Shown: piece after piece, positions 38,470-47,297 of the stretch
How positions within the stretch are numbered: position 1 is the first letter of the stretch
How the letters are laid out: every line of letters starts with the position of its first letter
Program-made: the position numbers and the translations under genes
Assembly (NCBI GenBank): GCA_006218065.1
Contig: VBWE01000014.1
Span: 1,618 to 65,617, forward strand
DNA length: 64,000 bases
Origin: Bacteroidota bacterium
GTDB lineage: Bacteria; Bacteroidota; Bacteroidia; Palsa-965
Reading direction: 5' to 3'
The notes under the pieces: model-generated
What the model saw: only the letters and a program-made list of their open reading frames with translations
Databases searched by the model: none
What the model was told of the DNA's origin: nothing

Positions 38470-38727
38470 ATGAAAACATTTTTTTTCCTGTTCCTGAATG
38501 TTTTGATCATTGGCTTGTTCCTGTTTTCAAAATTATTGCCTTACAAGGACAAGCTCGGTAAACAGTACGCAGGAATATTCCGGTTCTTCCAGGCCATTTT
38601 CGACCCGGTGCTCAACTTCATGCGGAAGTTGTTCAAACCGGCGCAGGTAGGGCAGGGACTGGCGGTGGATATGGCGCAGATCATTTTACTGGTGCTGCTT
38701 TTAATCCTGCTGAATTTTTGCAGATGA
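38470..38727 (+). CDS. Small YggT-like membrane protein
   Basis: Two hydrophobic segments around 'IFDPVLNFMRKLFKP...G..VDMAQII', which resembles the YggT signature. Confidence 0.6.
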   Translation: MKTFFFLFLNVLIIGLFLFSKLLPYKDKLGKQYAGIFRFFQAIFDPVLNFMRKLFKPAQVGQGLAVDMAQIILLVLLLILLNFCR

Positions 38728-38733
38728 AAAAAA

Positions 38734-38813
38734 ATCCGAATGGCGAATGCCGAACTCCGAATGTTGAATTGCGAATTTTGCATTCGGCATTCGACATTCG
38801 GAGTTCGAAATTC
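38734..38813. repeat. Heptamer-repeat (CGAATGC-type) hairpin
   Basis: ccgaatggcgaatgccgaactccgaatgttgaatt / aattttgcattcggcattcgacattcggagttcg. Confidence 0.75.
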
Positions 38814-38850
38814 AAAAAACGTTCTTCTGTTTAACAAGACATAAAAACCC

Positions 38851-39903
38851 ATGAGAAGACTACCCATTTATTTCCTGATCGACATCTCCGAATCGATGGT
38901 GGGCGAACCCATCCAGATGGTGGAAGAAGGTCTTGCCACGATCATCAAGGCGCTGAAAGAAGATCCCTATGCACTCGAAACGGTGCATGTATCCATCATC
39001 GTTTTTGCCGGCCAGCCGAAAACGCTGGTTCCGCTGCAGGAGATCATCAACTTCTACCCGCCGCGTTTCCCCATCGGCGGCGGTACTTCGCTGGGCAACG
39101 GGCTCGGGCACCTTATGTACGAACTGCGGAAAAATACGATCATGACCACGCTCGAACAAAAAGGCGACTGGAAACCGATCGTATTCCTGTTTACCGACGG
39201 CGTTCCGACGGATGATTCGTCGACCGCGATCGCGGAATGGAAAAAGAATTGGGCCAGCAAAGCCAGCATGGTTGCCGTTTCTTTCGGAAGTGAAACCGAC
39301 CTGGCCCTGCTCAAGGAACTTACCGATACCACGTTCATGTTCAAGAATACGAACGTGAACCAGTACAAGGAATTTTTCAAATGGGTTACCGCTTCCATCC
39401 GCACCAGCAGTCTGAGCGTGGAAAACAACGGTTCCGGTTTCGAACTGGCCAAGCCCGACGACGCTGTGATCGCGAAAGTGGACCATGTGGAGAACCATAA
39501 GCCCAAACAGTTTGTTGATACCAACTACGCGGTCTTCGTGGCCAAATGCCAGAACACGAAAAAACCGTACCTGATGAAATACAAACGTATGGTTCGTCCC
39601 ACGACGGTCGGCGGAATGGAGATGAACAGCCTGGTGTACCGCCTCAACGGCGCGTTCATCATCGACGATCTGTATTTCGAATTGTCGGACAACAACGCAG
39701 TGAACAATAAAATCAGCACCGACGAGATGGAAGGATTTCCGACCTGCCCTTCGTGCGGAAACCAGTACGGTTTCAGCGTGTGCAGCTGCGGCAAAATGCA
39801 CTGCGTGGGCAATGAAGAAACAAGCACCTGCCCGTGGTGCGGAAACCAGGGCAAATACGGATTCGGCGAAGGCCGCATGGACATTAATACCACGCAGGGT
39901 TAA
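38851..39903 (+). CDS. TerY vWA protein with C-terminal Cys-rich metal-binding (TerY-C) domain
   Basis: DISES MIDAS, GDWKP..FTDG, and a C-terminal CPSCG..CSCG..HC..CPWCG. Confidence 0.88.
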   Translation: MRRLPIYFLIDISESMVGEPIQMVEEGLATIIKALKEDPYALETVHVSIIVFAGQPKTLVPLQEIINFYPPRFPIGGGTSLGNGLGHLMYELRKNTIMTTLEQKGDWKPIVFLFTDGVPTDDSSTAIAEWKKNWASKASMVAVSFGSETDLALLKELTDTTFMFKNTNVNQYKEFFKWVTASIRTSSLSVENNGSGFELAKPDDAVIAKVDHVENHKPKQFVDTNYAVFVAKCQNTKKPYLMKYKRMVRPTTVGGMEMNSLVYRLNGAFIIDDLYFELSDNNAVNNKISTDEMEGFPTCPSCGNQYGFSVCSCGKMHCVGNEETSTCPWCGNQGKYGFGEGRMDINTTQG

Positions 39904-41318
39904 TGGAACGCGACCTCCGGAAAGATTATATCAAGAGATTACTGGCTTCGAAGCGGATGGAAATTCCGCAGAAGCAGGCGGATTTTTTCGACCGTTTTGT
40001 CGATGATGCCGAAATACTGAACCATTATCAAAGCATAAATAACGCTGCACGAAATATCATGGACACCTGGAAAGAACGCTCGGTCATCGAAGATATCCGT
40101 ACCAAGCATATTCAACTGCCGAATGCGACCGTAGGCAAACCCTACAGTTTCGAATTTTCCCTGGCGAAAATGGGACTGCAGCACATAGAAGAATTCGAGA
40201 TCGACGGTTTTTCGGAACTCGGCCTGAACTTCGATAAAGCCACCGGCATCTTATCCGGCGCGCCCGGGATGAAAGGCGAACATAAAATCAAGTTCCGTTA
40301 TAAACTCGACTTCGGCGCAGAGGAGAGGTCTTTCCATGAAAAGGAACTGACCTTCGTAGTGAATCCCGATCCGAAATCGCTCTGGCAGAATTTACCTTCG
40401 GACAAAGAAGACAAATTCTGGAAAGAAGACAATACTTCGGCGAAGTATGAAATCGCCGGCCGTCATCTCGTGGTGGGTTCCAAGCGGGGCCGCAGCCATG
40501 CGCACGAAGGAAAATTCCGCGACGACGAATATGATTTCTTTTTTGACGAATCGACCGGTTTCGGCGTGATCGTGGTTTCCGACGGGGCCGGCAGTGCGAA
40601 ATATTCGCGGAAAGGTTCGCTGATCGCCTGCGAAAGTGTGGTCGAATATTTTTCGAAAGAAATTCCAGCCGAAGAATACGCCGCGCTCGATGCGACGATT
40701 ATTTCGCATCACCAGGCCAAAACAGACGAAAGTTCGAAAACGCTGCGCGAGTTCCTGGTCAGCCGTCTCGCGAAAGCGGCTTTTTACGCTCACCAGAAAA
40801 TCAAAACCTGTGCGGACGAAAACGAATCCGCCCTGCGGGATTTTTCCGCCACCTTACTGTATTCATTGGTCCGGAAATATGATTTCGGTTATTGCATCAT
40901 GTCTTTCGGCATCGGCGACGGCGGCATCGGTATTTACGACAAGGAGAAAGGCGAATCGCACCTGCTCACCACGCCCGACGGCGGCGAGTTTGCGGGGCAG
41001 ACGCGTTTCGTGACGATGCCCGACATTTTTACGAGCGAAGGATTCTACAACCGGGTTTCGTTTAAGATCGTGGACAATTTCACGGCGCTCGTGCTGATGT
41101 CCGACGGCATTACCGATCCGAAATTCCAGACCGACGCCAACCTCGGCCGCGTGGAAAAATGGGCGGAACTCTGGGAAGATCTCGGCGGAAAAAATGCGGA
41201 CAACGCAACAGTCAAATTCGATCCTGCCAATGAAAATATCGAAGCGGAACTGCTGGACTGGATGGATTTCTGGTCACCCGGGAACCACGACGACAGGACG
41301 ATCGCCATACTGTATTGA
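39903..41318 (+). CDS. PP2C-family Ser/Thr phosphatase with an N-terminal Ig-like (He_PIG-like) domain
   Basis: GRSH...RDD, VSDGAGSA, GDG, MSDG and DDRT motifs. N-terminal LPNATVGKPY...GL.FD..TG.LSG.P. Confidence 0.88.
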   Translation: MERDLRKDYIKRLLASKRMEIPQKQADFFDRFVDDAEILNHYQSINNAARNIMDTWKERSVIEDIRTKHIQLPNATVGKPYSFEFSLAKMGLQHIEEFEIDGFSELGLNFDKATGILSGAPGMKGEHKIKFRYKLDFGAEERSFHEKELTFVVNPDPKSLWQNLPSDKEDKFWKEDNTSAKYEIAGRHLVVGSKRGRSHAHEGKFRDDEYDFFFDESTGFGVIVVSDGAGSAKYSRKGSLIACESVVEYFSKEIPAEEYAALDATIISHHQAKTDESSKTLREFLVSRLAKAAFYAHQKIKTCADENESALRDFSATLLYSLVRKYDFGYCIMSFGIGDGGIGIYDKEKGESHLLTTPDGGEFAGQTRFVTMPDIFTSEGFYNRVSFKIVDNFTALVLMSDGITDPKFQTDANLGRVEKWAELWEDLGGKNADNATVKFDPANENIEAELLDWMDFWSPGNHDDRTIAILY

Positions 41319-41382
41319 TTAAATTCCGAATTCGTACATTCGTAAGGATTTGTAATTCGCAGCCCCGAAGGAAAACAATCTT

Positions 41383-42912
41383 ATGTCAAACACGATCACC
41401 ATCAAAGCGCTCGACGGAAGCACCGTTCAGTATGTCGACAACGGCTCGCCGATGCAGGGCGGGCTGAAGGATGTGTATTTCAGTCCCGATAAAAGTTACG
41501 TGGTCGCTTTTTTCCGCGACAAGCTCAAGCCGGTGGAATATACGCAGACCAAAGAGCGCCTGATCATGATCGCCAACACGTTCCGGGAACGGATTTTCAA
41601 CCAGGCAGGCGGCGAGTACTGGAAAGACCTGTACTGCTGGCCGACCAAAGTGGTTGAATATAACGGCAGGCTCGGTGTGGTTGCGCCGGTTTACCAGAAG
41701 CATTTCTTTTTCGCCACCGGGTATAACCAGAACGCTGCGCAGATCGCGAGTATCAGGGGAAAAGAAAAAGAAGGCAAGTGGTTCGCCGCGCCGCAGTTCC
41801 GCAACGCGAATTTCAAACTGCATCTCGATAAAAAAGAACTCGGCGACTGGTTTAAATATTTCCTGGTCTGCATTCGTATCAGCCGCGCGGTGCGCCGTAT
41901 GCATGCCGCCGGTCTCGCGCATTCCGACCTCTCGTATAAAAACGTACTCATCGATCCCACCACCGGCAACGCGGCCATCATCGATATCGACGGGCTCGTG
42001 GTCCCGGGCAAGTTTCCGCCCGACGTGATCGGTACGCCCGATTTTATCGCGCCCGAAGTCATGGCTACGAAAAGCCTCGGGAAAACCGATCCGAACCGGA
42101 AACTGCCGAGTATCCAGACCGACCGGCACGCGCTGGCCGTGATGATCTATATGTACCTGCTTTATCGTCACCCGCTGCGTGGCGGCAAAGTGCACGATCT
42201 CGATCCGCAGAAAGATGAAGAACTGTCCATGGGCTCGAAAGCCCTGTTCGTGGAGCATCCGACCGACGCCGCGAACCGGCCGAAACTGAAACACGTCAAA
42301 GCGACGCACCTGCCCTGGGCCGACGTAACGAAATTGCCATACACCATCACCGGGCCGTACCTGAAACAACTTTTCGACAAAGCGTTTATCGACGGATTGC
42401 AGCACCCGATGCAGCGGCCGACAGCCGACGAGTGGGAGCAGGCGCTGATCAAAACGGTGGACCTGATGCAGCCCTGCCAGAACCCGCGCTGCGACCAGAA
42501 ATGGTTCGTGTTCGACAATTCCACCACGCCTATCTGCCCGTTCTGCAACACACCTTATAAAGGCCAGCTGCCGATCCTCAACCTCTACTGGCAGCGTTCC
42601 CCGGGAAAATGGGTGGAAGAAAAACACCGCCTGATGGTTTATAATAACCAGTACATTTACCAGTGGCACATCAACCGGACGATTTCGCCGAACGAACGAC
42701 TTTCGGCCGAACAGAAAAAACCGGTCGGTTATTTCGTGATGCACGGCGGAAAATGGATGCTCGTGAATCAAACCATGAACAGCCTGAAAGACGTAACGGA
42801 GAATAAAGAAATTCCCATCGGCCAGATGATCGAACTTACCGACGGTAAACAGATTCTTTTATCGAATGCCGATGGCGGAAGACTCGTCATCGTTCAACTT
42901 GTAAACAACTAA
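41383..42912 (+). CDS. Ser/Thr protein kinase of the TerY-P triad, with Zn-ribbon and C-terminal FHA-like domain
   Basis: HSDLSYKNVL catalytic loop, IDIDG, GTPDFIAPE, D..ALAV, RPTA.EW, CxxxxC..CPFC and a C-terminal L.DG..I.L. Confidence 0.88.
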   Translation: MSNTITIKALDGSTVQYVDNGSPMQGGLKDVYFSPDKSYVVAFFRDKLKPVEYTQTKERLIMIANTFRERIFNQAGGEYWKDLYCWPTKVVEYNGRLGVVAPVYQKHFFFATGYNQNAAQIASIRGKEKEGKWFAAPQFRNANFKLHLDKKELGDWFKYFLVCIRISRAVRRMHAAGLAHSDLSYKNVLIDPTTGNAAIIDIDGLVVPGKFPPDVIGTPDFIAPEVMATKSLGKTDPNRKLPSIQTDRHALAVMIYMYLLYRHPLRGGKVHDLDPQKDEELSMGSKALFVEHPTDAANRPKLKHVKATHLPWADVTKLPYTITGPYLKQLFDKAFIDGLQHPMQRPTADEWEQALIKTVDLMQPCQNPRCDQKWFVFDNSTTPICPFCNTPYKGQLPILNLYWQRSPGKWVEEKHRLMVYNNQYIYQWHINRTISPNERLSAEQKKPVGYFVMHGGKWMLVNQTMNSLKDVTENKEIPIGQMIELTDGKQILLSNADGGRLVIVQLVNN

Positions 42913-42933
42913 AACAAAATACAGGTATCCCTT

Positions 42934-43746
42934 ATGGATCAACTGCAAATTTACATCGACCAGATTATTCAAAACCCGCTTGCAGCGCTGGCTGTGATCG
43001 GTAACCTGATTGTTATCGAGAGCCTGCTTTCCGTGGACAACGCGGCCGTACTGGCCACGATGGTTATGGATTTACCCAAAGAGCAACGTGCCAAGGCCCT
43101 TCGTTACGGGATTATCGGCGCTTACGTTTTCCGCGGACTCTGTCTTTTGTTTGCCGCTTACCTGATCACGATCTGGTGGCTGAAGCCGCTCGGCGGATTA
43201 TACCTGCTGTATCTCGTTTTCGATTATTTCAAGGGTAAAATGACGCCGGATAAAGAAGAAGACGTGCTCGAAAAACAATCGCACTGGATGTACCGCGCCA
43301 CGATCGGCTGGATGGGCCAGTTCTGGGCTACGGTAGCGCTCGTGGAAATTATGGACCTGGCGTTTTCCATCGACAACGTATTCGCCGCGGTGGCTTTCAG
43401 TGAAAACCTGGTCCTGATCTGGGTCGGCGTGTTCATCGGTATTCTCGCGATGCGTTTCGTTGCGCAGGGATTCGTAAAATTGATGGAACGTTACAAGTTC
43501 CTGGAAACGGCAGCGTTCGTGGTTATCGCCGTGCTGGGCATCAAGCTCATGCTCTCGCTGCTTGAACATTTTTACCCGGATCACGCGTTCAGCAAATTTC
43601 TCGGAAGTCACGCCGCCGACTGGGGTGTGTCGATCATTACTGTTTCCATCTTCTTCATTCCGATCATCACCAGCACCTTGTTCAATTTCCCGAAACGCGG
43701 CGTGCCGGGAGAGAGCGAGGAAAGTAAAGAGGAAGAGAGTAAGTAG
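42934..43746 (+). CDS. terC: TerC-family (YkoY/Alx-like) membrane protein
   Basis: IESLLSVDNAAVLA, ALRYGIIGAYVFR, DLAFSIDN and GILAMRF. Confidence 0.92.
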   Translation: MDQLQIYIDQIIQNPLAALAVIGNLIVIESLLSVDNAAVLATMVMDLPKEQRAKALRYGIIGAYVFRGLCLLFAAYLITIWWLKPLGGLYLLYLVFDYFKGKMTPDKEEDVLEKQSHWMYRATIGWMGQFWATVALVEIMDLAFSIDNVFAAVAFSENLVLIWVGVFIGILAMRFVAQGFVKLMERYKFLETAAFVVIAVLGIKLMLSLLEHFYPDHAFSKFLGSHAADWGVSIITVSIFFIPIITSTLFNFPKRGVPGESEESKEEESK

Positions 43747-43840
43747 TCATGCCTCGACTACCGCCCGGCATGACAAGTGTGTTGAATATAGTTGTACCGC
43801 CTGTCGCTCGAACGGACAAGTCTGTTGAAAATAGTTGTAC

Positions 43841-43885
43841 CGCCTGCCAGCCTCCTCCGCCTCAGGCGGAGGAGGCTGGCAGGCG
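43841..43885. repeat. Perfect 22-bp GC-rich inverted repeat between the convergent terC and recJ
   Basis: CGCCTGCCAGCCTCCTCCGCCT-c-AGGCGGAGGAGGCTGGCAGGCG. Confidence 0.8.
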
Positions 43886-43949
43886 CTCGTAAAAGTTGCC
43901 GAAAAAATCCCCGCAGAAAAAACGGCAAAAGAAAACACCAATTTCCTAT

Positions 43950-43993
43950 GCCGAACCAATTCCCCTCTCTGCCGGAGAGGGGTTGGGGTGAGG
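43950..43993. repeat. 44-bp REP-like hairpin repeat, copy 2
   Basis: Identical to 2326-2369. Confidence 0.85.
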
Positions 43994-44015
43994 TCTGGAA
44001 AACAGACCGGATAAC

Positions 44016-45722
44016 TTACAAAGGTTTGATATCCTTTATACTCAACTGCACGCTGACGTTTCCGTTGAAGTCGTTTTCTTCGATGGCGTAGCACATGTCG
44101 AAGGGTTTTTGCTGGGAAAGCGCGAGGTAATGGTCGCCGAGACCGAAACCGATGGCGGGGAAAATGCGCGTGGGTTGCGCGGGATCGACGATATCCATTT
44201 TCAGGTGATTGACGCCTACGATGCGCAGCCAGCCGCGGTCGCGGACATCGCTGGCGAGGAAAACGGGATTCATATTCCCCGGTCCGAAGGGCGCGAACTG
44301 TTTCAGTATCCGCAGGAGTTTTCCGTCGATATCGTTCAGGCTGAGCGTTGCGTCTATTTCCACTTCGGGCGTGAGCATGTCGGGCGTGATGCGGCGGCTG
44401 ACTTCTTCTTCGAAACGTTCGCGGAATTTTTCCACGTTTTCTTTTTTCAGCGTGAGTCCTGCCGCATATTTATGCCCGCCGAACTGCTCGAGCAAACCGT
44501 TGCAGGCTTCGATGGCTTCGTACACGTCGAAATCTTTTACTGAGCGCGCCGAGCCGGTTACCATGCCGTTTGCTTCGGCGAGTACGATGGTGGGCCGGTA
44601 GTACTTCTCGATCAGCCGCGAAGCCACGATACCGACTACGCCTTTATGCCACTGCGGCTGGAAGAGTACGGTGCTTTTCCGTTGTGCCGCCAGCGGATCG
44701 GCCGCCATCATGTCGAGGGCCTGTTGCGTAATCAGCATGTCGAGGTCTTTGCGGTCGGCGTTGTTTTTGTTCAGTTTTTCAGCGCAGGCTTCGGCTGTTT
44801 TTTCGTCCGGCGCGGTGAGCAGTTCCACCGCCAGCTTGCCGTGTTCGATCCGCCCGGCAGCATTGATCCGCGGGGCGATCGTAAATACCAGGTCGCTCAC
44901 GGTAAATTCGCGTTTCAACGCAGCCATGCGGACCAGGGTTTTTAATCCTTCGCGCGGAGAAGTGTTGATCTCTTTCAGCCCGGCATACATCAGCGCGCGG
45001 TTCTCGCCCGTTACCGGTACAATATCGGCGGCAATACTCACGGCTACGAGATCGAGCAGCGGAAGCAGTTTTTCAAAATCGATTTTCCTTTTCTGCGCAT
45101 AAGCCTGCACCAGTTTGAAACCGATGCCGCAACCCGTAAGTTCATCGTAAGGATAAGTACAATCGTCGCGTTTCGGATCGAGCACGGCCAGTGCGGGCGG
45201 CAGTTCCGGTCCCGGGCGATGGTGGTCGCAGATGATAAAATCAATTCCTTTTTCCCCGGCGTAACGTACTTTTTCCACCGCCTTGATGCCGCAGTCGAGC
45301 GCGATGATGAGTCCGAATTTATTTTCCGCCGCAAAATCGATCCCGGCGTACGAAATGCCGTAGCCTTCTTTATAACGGTCGGGAATATAAAAACCGCATT
45401 CCGCGCCCAGCGCTTTTATAAAGGAGTAGACGAGCGCCACGGCAGTTGTACCGTCCACATCGTAATCGCCGTAAACCAGGATTTTTTCTTCGTTTTCGAT
45501 GGCGTGTTCAATGCGGTCGACCGCTTTGTCCATATCGCGCATCAGGTAGGGATCGTGCAGCTGGTCGAGCGAAGGGCGGAAAAAAATCCGCGCTTCTTCA
45601 AATGTTTTTACTCCCCGCAGCACCAGCAGGCGCGCGAGCAGCAGATGAATTCCCAACTCACTTGCGAGCTTTCGGACCAGTTCTTCGTCCGCACCCGTTT
45701 TTTGCTTCCAGCGCTTGATCAT
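44016..45722 (-). CDS. recJ: Single-stranded-DNA-specific exonuclease RecJ
   Basis: YGDYDVDG, DCG, DHH, APRINAAGR, GSARS, GGH..AAG and PFGPGN. Confidence 0.97.
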   Translation of the reverse strand: MIKRWKQKTGADEELVRKLASELGIHLLLARLLVLRGVKTFEEARIFFRPSLDQLHDPYLMRDMDKAVDRIEHAIENEEKILVYGDYDVDGTTAVALVYSFIKALGAECGFYIPDRYKEGYGISYAGIDFAAENKFGLIIALDCGIKAVEKVRYAGEKGIDFIICDHHRPGPELPPALAVLDPKRDDCTYPYDELTGCGIGFKLVQAYAQKRKIDFEKLLPLLDLVAVSIAADIVPVTGENRALMYAGLKEINTSPREGLKTLVRMAALKREFTVSDLVFTIAPRINAAGRIEHGKLAVELLTAPDEKTAEACAEKLNKNNADRKDLDMLITQQALDMMAADPLAAQRKSTVLFQPQWHKGVVGIVASRLIEKYYRPTIVLAEANGMVTGSARSVKDFDVYEAIEACNGLLEQFGGHKYAAGLTLKKENVEKFRERFEEEVSRRITPDMLTPEVEIDATLSLNDIDGKLLRILKQFAPFGPGNMNPVFLASDVRDRGWLRIVGVNHLKMDIVDPAQPTRIFPAIGFGLGDHYLALSQQKPFDMCYAIEENDFNGNVSVQLSIKDIKPL

Positions 45723-46096
45723 CATGAGCAAAAGTACATATTAAAAATGCCGTGCCGGTTGCGGAAAATCCCTCCCAGGGAAAAGATTTTTTGGAATAGT
45801 AAGTACTATATAGTATTATAATACAAGAGAGAAATATTTTTCAACAAGTGAGTTAGCTGAGTGCTTCGGCCGGAAGATAAGTGTCCCGGTACTCTTCGTG
45901 TTTCTTTGTGCCTTCGTGTCTTTGTGGCAAGAGCAACATAGGTCGCCAGGAGCAACCTCATAGAAATACAACATGATTATATTTGCTTATAATACGTCGC
46001 GCATGAAAAACCGGGATATGAAAACGTACGACGCCAAAGGTGCCTTGAAGAAGGCGCGGCAGTTTGCGTAAAAAATGCAATCTTAAAAAACAGGAT

Positions 46097-46459
46097 ATGA
46101 AAAACATAAGACCACTGGATTTAGAGAAATACCACGATTCCACGCATTATAAGCTGATCGAAGAAGGTATTTACCTGGATTTAAATGATTCGGAAGGAAC
46201 GAACCATAGATTCCCCGTTTCCGCGGAACTGGAAGATGGTGAGGACGGTCAATATCCGATCGAAGATATTTTGGACAAATTCTATTTGCATGTTTCTGAT
46301 TTTCTCGAATCTGAAAACCGCTCACAAAATCAATTAAAACTGGAATTAGCCGGTGAGTTGGAAGATATCCGGCAAGCAAAAATAATTTTGGGAAAAAGAG
46401 TCTGCAACAGGGAATTTATTAAAGATGGAAAGACGTACGTTGATTTGATAATTGAATAG
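46097..46459 (+). CDS. Hypothetical acidic protein (~120 aa), AT-rich
   Basis: Open frame with D/E-rich composition and lower GC. No recognised motif. Confidence 0.6.
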   Translation: MKNIRPLDLEKYHDSTHYKLIEEGIYLDLNDSEGTNHRFPVSAELEDGEDGQYPIEDILDKFYLHVSDFLESENRSQNQLKLELAGELEDIRQAKIILGKRVCNREFIKDGKTYVDLIIE

Positions 46460-46480
46460 CTGTACACAACAACGGCTGAC

Positions 46481-47176
46481 ATGAAAAAAACCATCCTCAT
46501 CACCGGTTCCGGCAAAGGCATCGGTTTTGAAACCGCACGACAGCTCGGTTTGCTCGGGCACACCATCATCCTTTCGGGGCGTGATGAAAAACGTTTACAG
46601 CTTGCCGTTCGGAAACTGCAGAAGGAAAACATCGAAACGGTTTCGCTGCTCATGGACGTGAGCGATGAAAAAAGTATCCGGTCTGCCGCGAAAGAGCTCG
46701 GCAGGCGCAAGATTAAACCGGACGTACTCATCAACAACGCCGCGATCCTGGGTCGTGCGGATGAGTCGATCATCGGCGGCGATGAGGAACTTTTACTGCA
46801 AACGCTCACCACCAACAGCCTCGGCCCGCTGCGCGTGATCAAAGCGTTTCTTTCCCTGCTGAACAAACCGGCGCGCATCATCAATATCTCGAGCGGCGGC
46901 GGATCGATGAGCGACCCGGTGGCGGGCTGGGCGCCGGCGTACTGTGTTTCGAAAACCCTGCTGAACGCCATCACCCGGCAACTGGCGGAGGAATTAAAAA
47001 GCAAAAATATTATTGTGAACGCCGTTTGCCCCGGCTGGGTGCGCACCGATATGGGTGGCGCCGGGGCGCCGCGGGCAGTATCCAAAGGAGCCGAAACGCC
47101 CGTGTGGCTGGCTACCGAAGCGCCCTCCGGCCTGACCGGGAAATTTTTCCGCGACAAAAAAGAAATCGACTGGTAA
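46481..47176 (+). CDS. SDR family oxidoreductase (carbonyl-reductase-like)
   Basis: TGSGKGIG, NNAA, YCVSK (YxxxK) and CPGWVRTDMGG. Confidence 0.92.
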   Translation: MKKTILITGSGKGIGFETARQLGLLGHTIILSGRDEKRLQLAVRKLQKENIETVSLLMDVSDEKSIRSAAKELGRRKIKPDVLINNAAILGRADESIIGGDEELLLQTLTTNSLGPLRVIKAFLSLLNKPARIINISSGGGSMSDPVAGWAPAYCVSKTLLNAITRQLAEELKSKNIIVNAVCPGWVRTDMGGAGAPRAVSKGAETPVWLATEAPSGLTGKFFRDKKEIDW

Positions 47177-47250
47177 GCTTCTGAAGGAATCCTTCCGGCC
47201 GGGCGAATCATAAAAATTAACGGTTCCGCTTGTTGTTTTTAAAAACTTCG

Positions 47251-47284
47251 TACATTTGCGTAGTCAACTACATAGTTAACTACA
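47251..47284 (+). promoter_or_regulatory. -7 box TACATTTG followed by tandem palindromic operator boxes TAGT(C/T)AACTACA x2
   Basis: tagtcaactaca tagttaactaca lies directly upstream of the MarR gene. TAGTTAACTA is a perfect palindrome. Confidence 0.6.
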
Positions 47285-47297
47285 TAAATTGAACAGC

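Noticed and set aside
33144-43746. Ter operon as a recently acquired mobile island or prophage cargo
   Set aside because: No integrase, transposase, tRNA or att-like flanks. Codon usage looks like the rest of the window, and host-type repeats are embedded in it.
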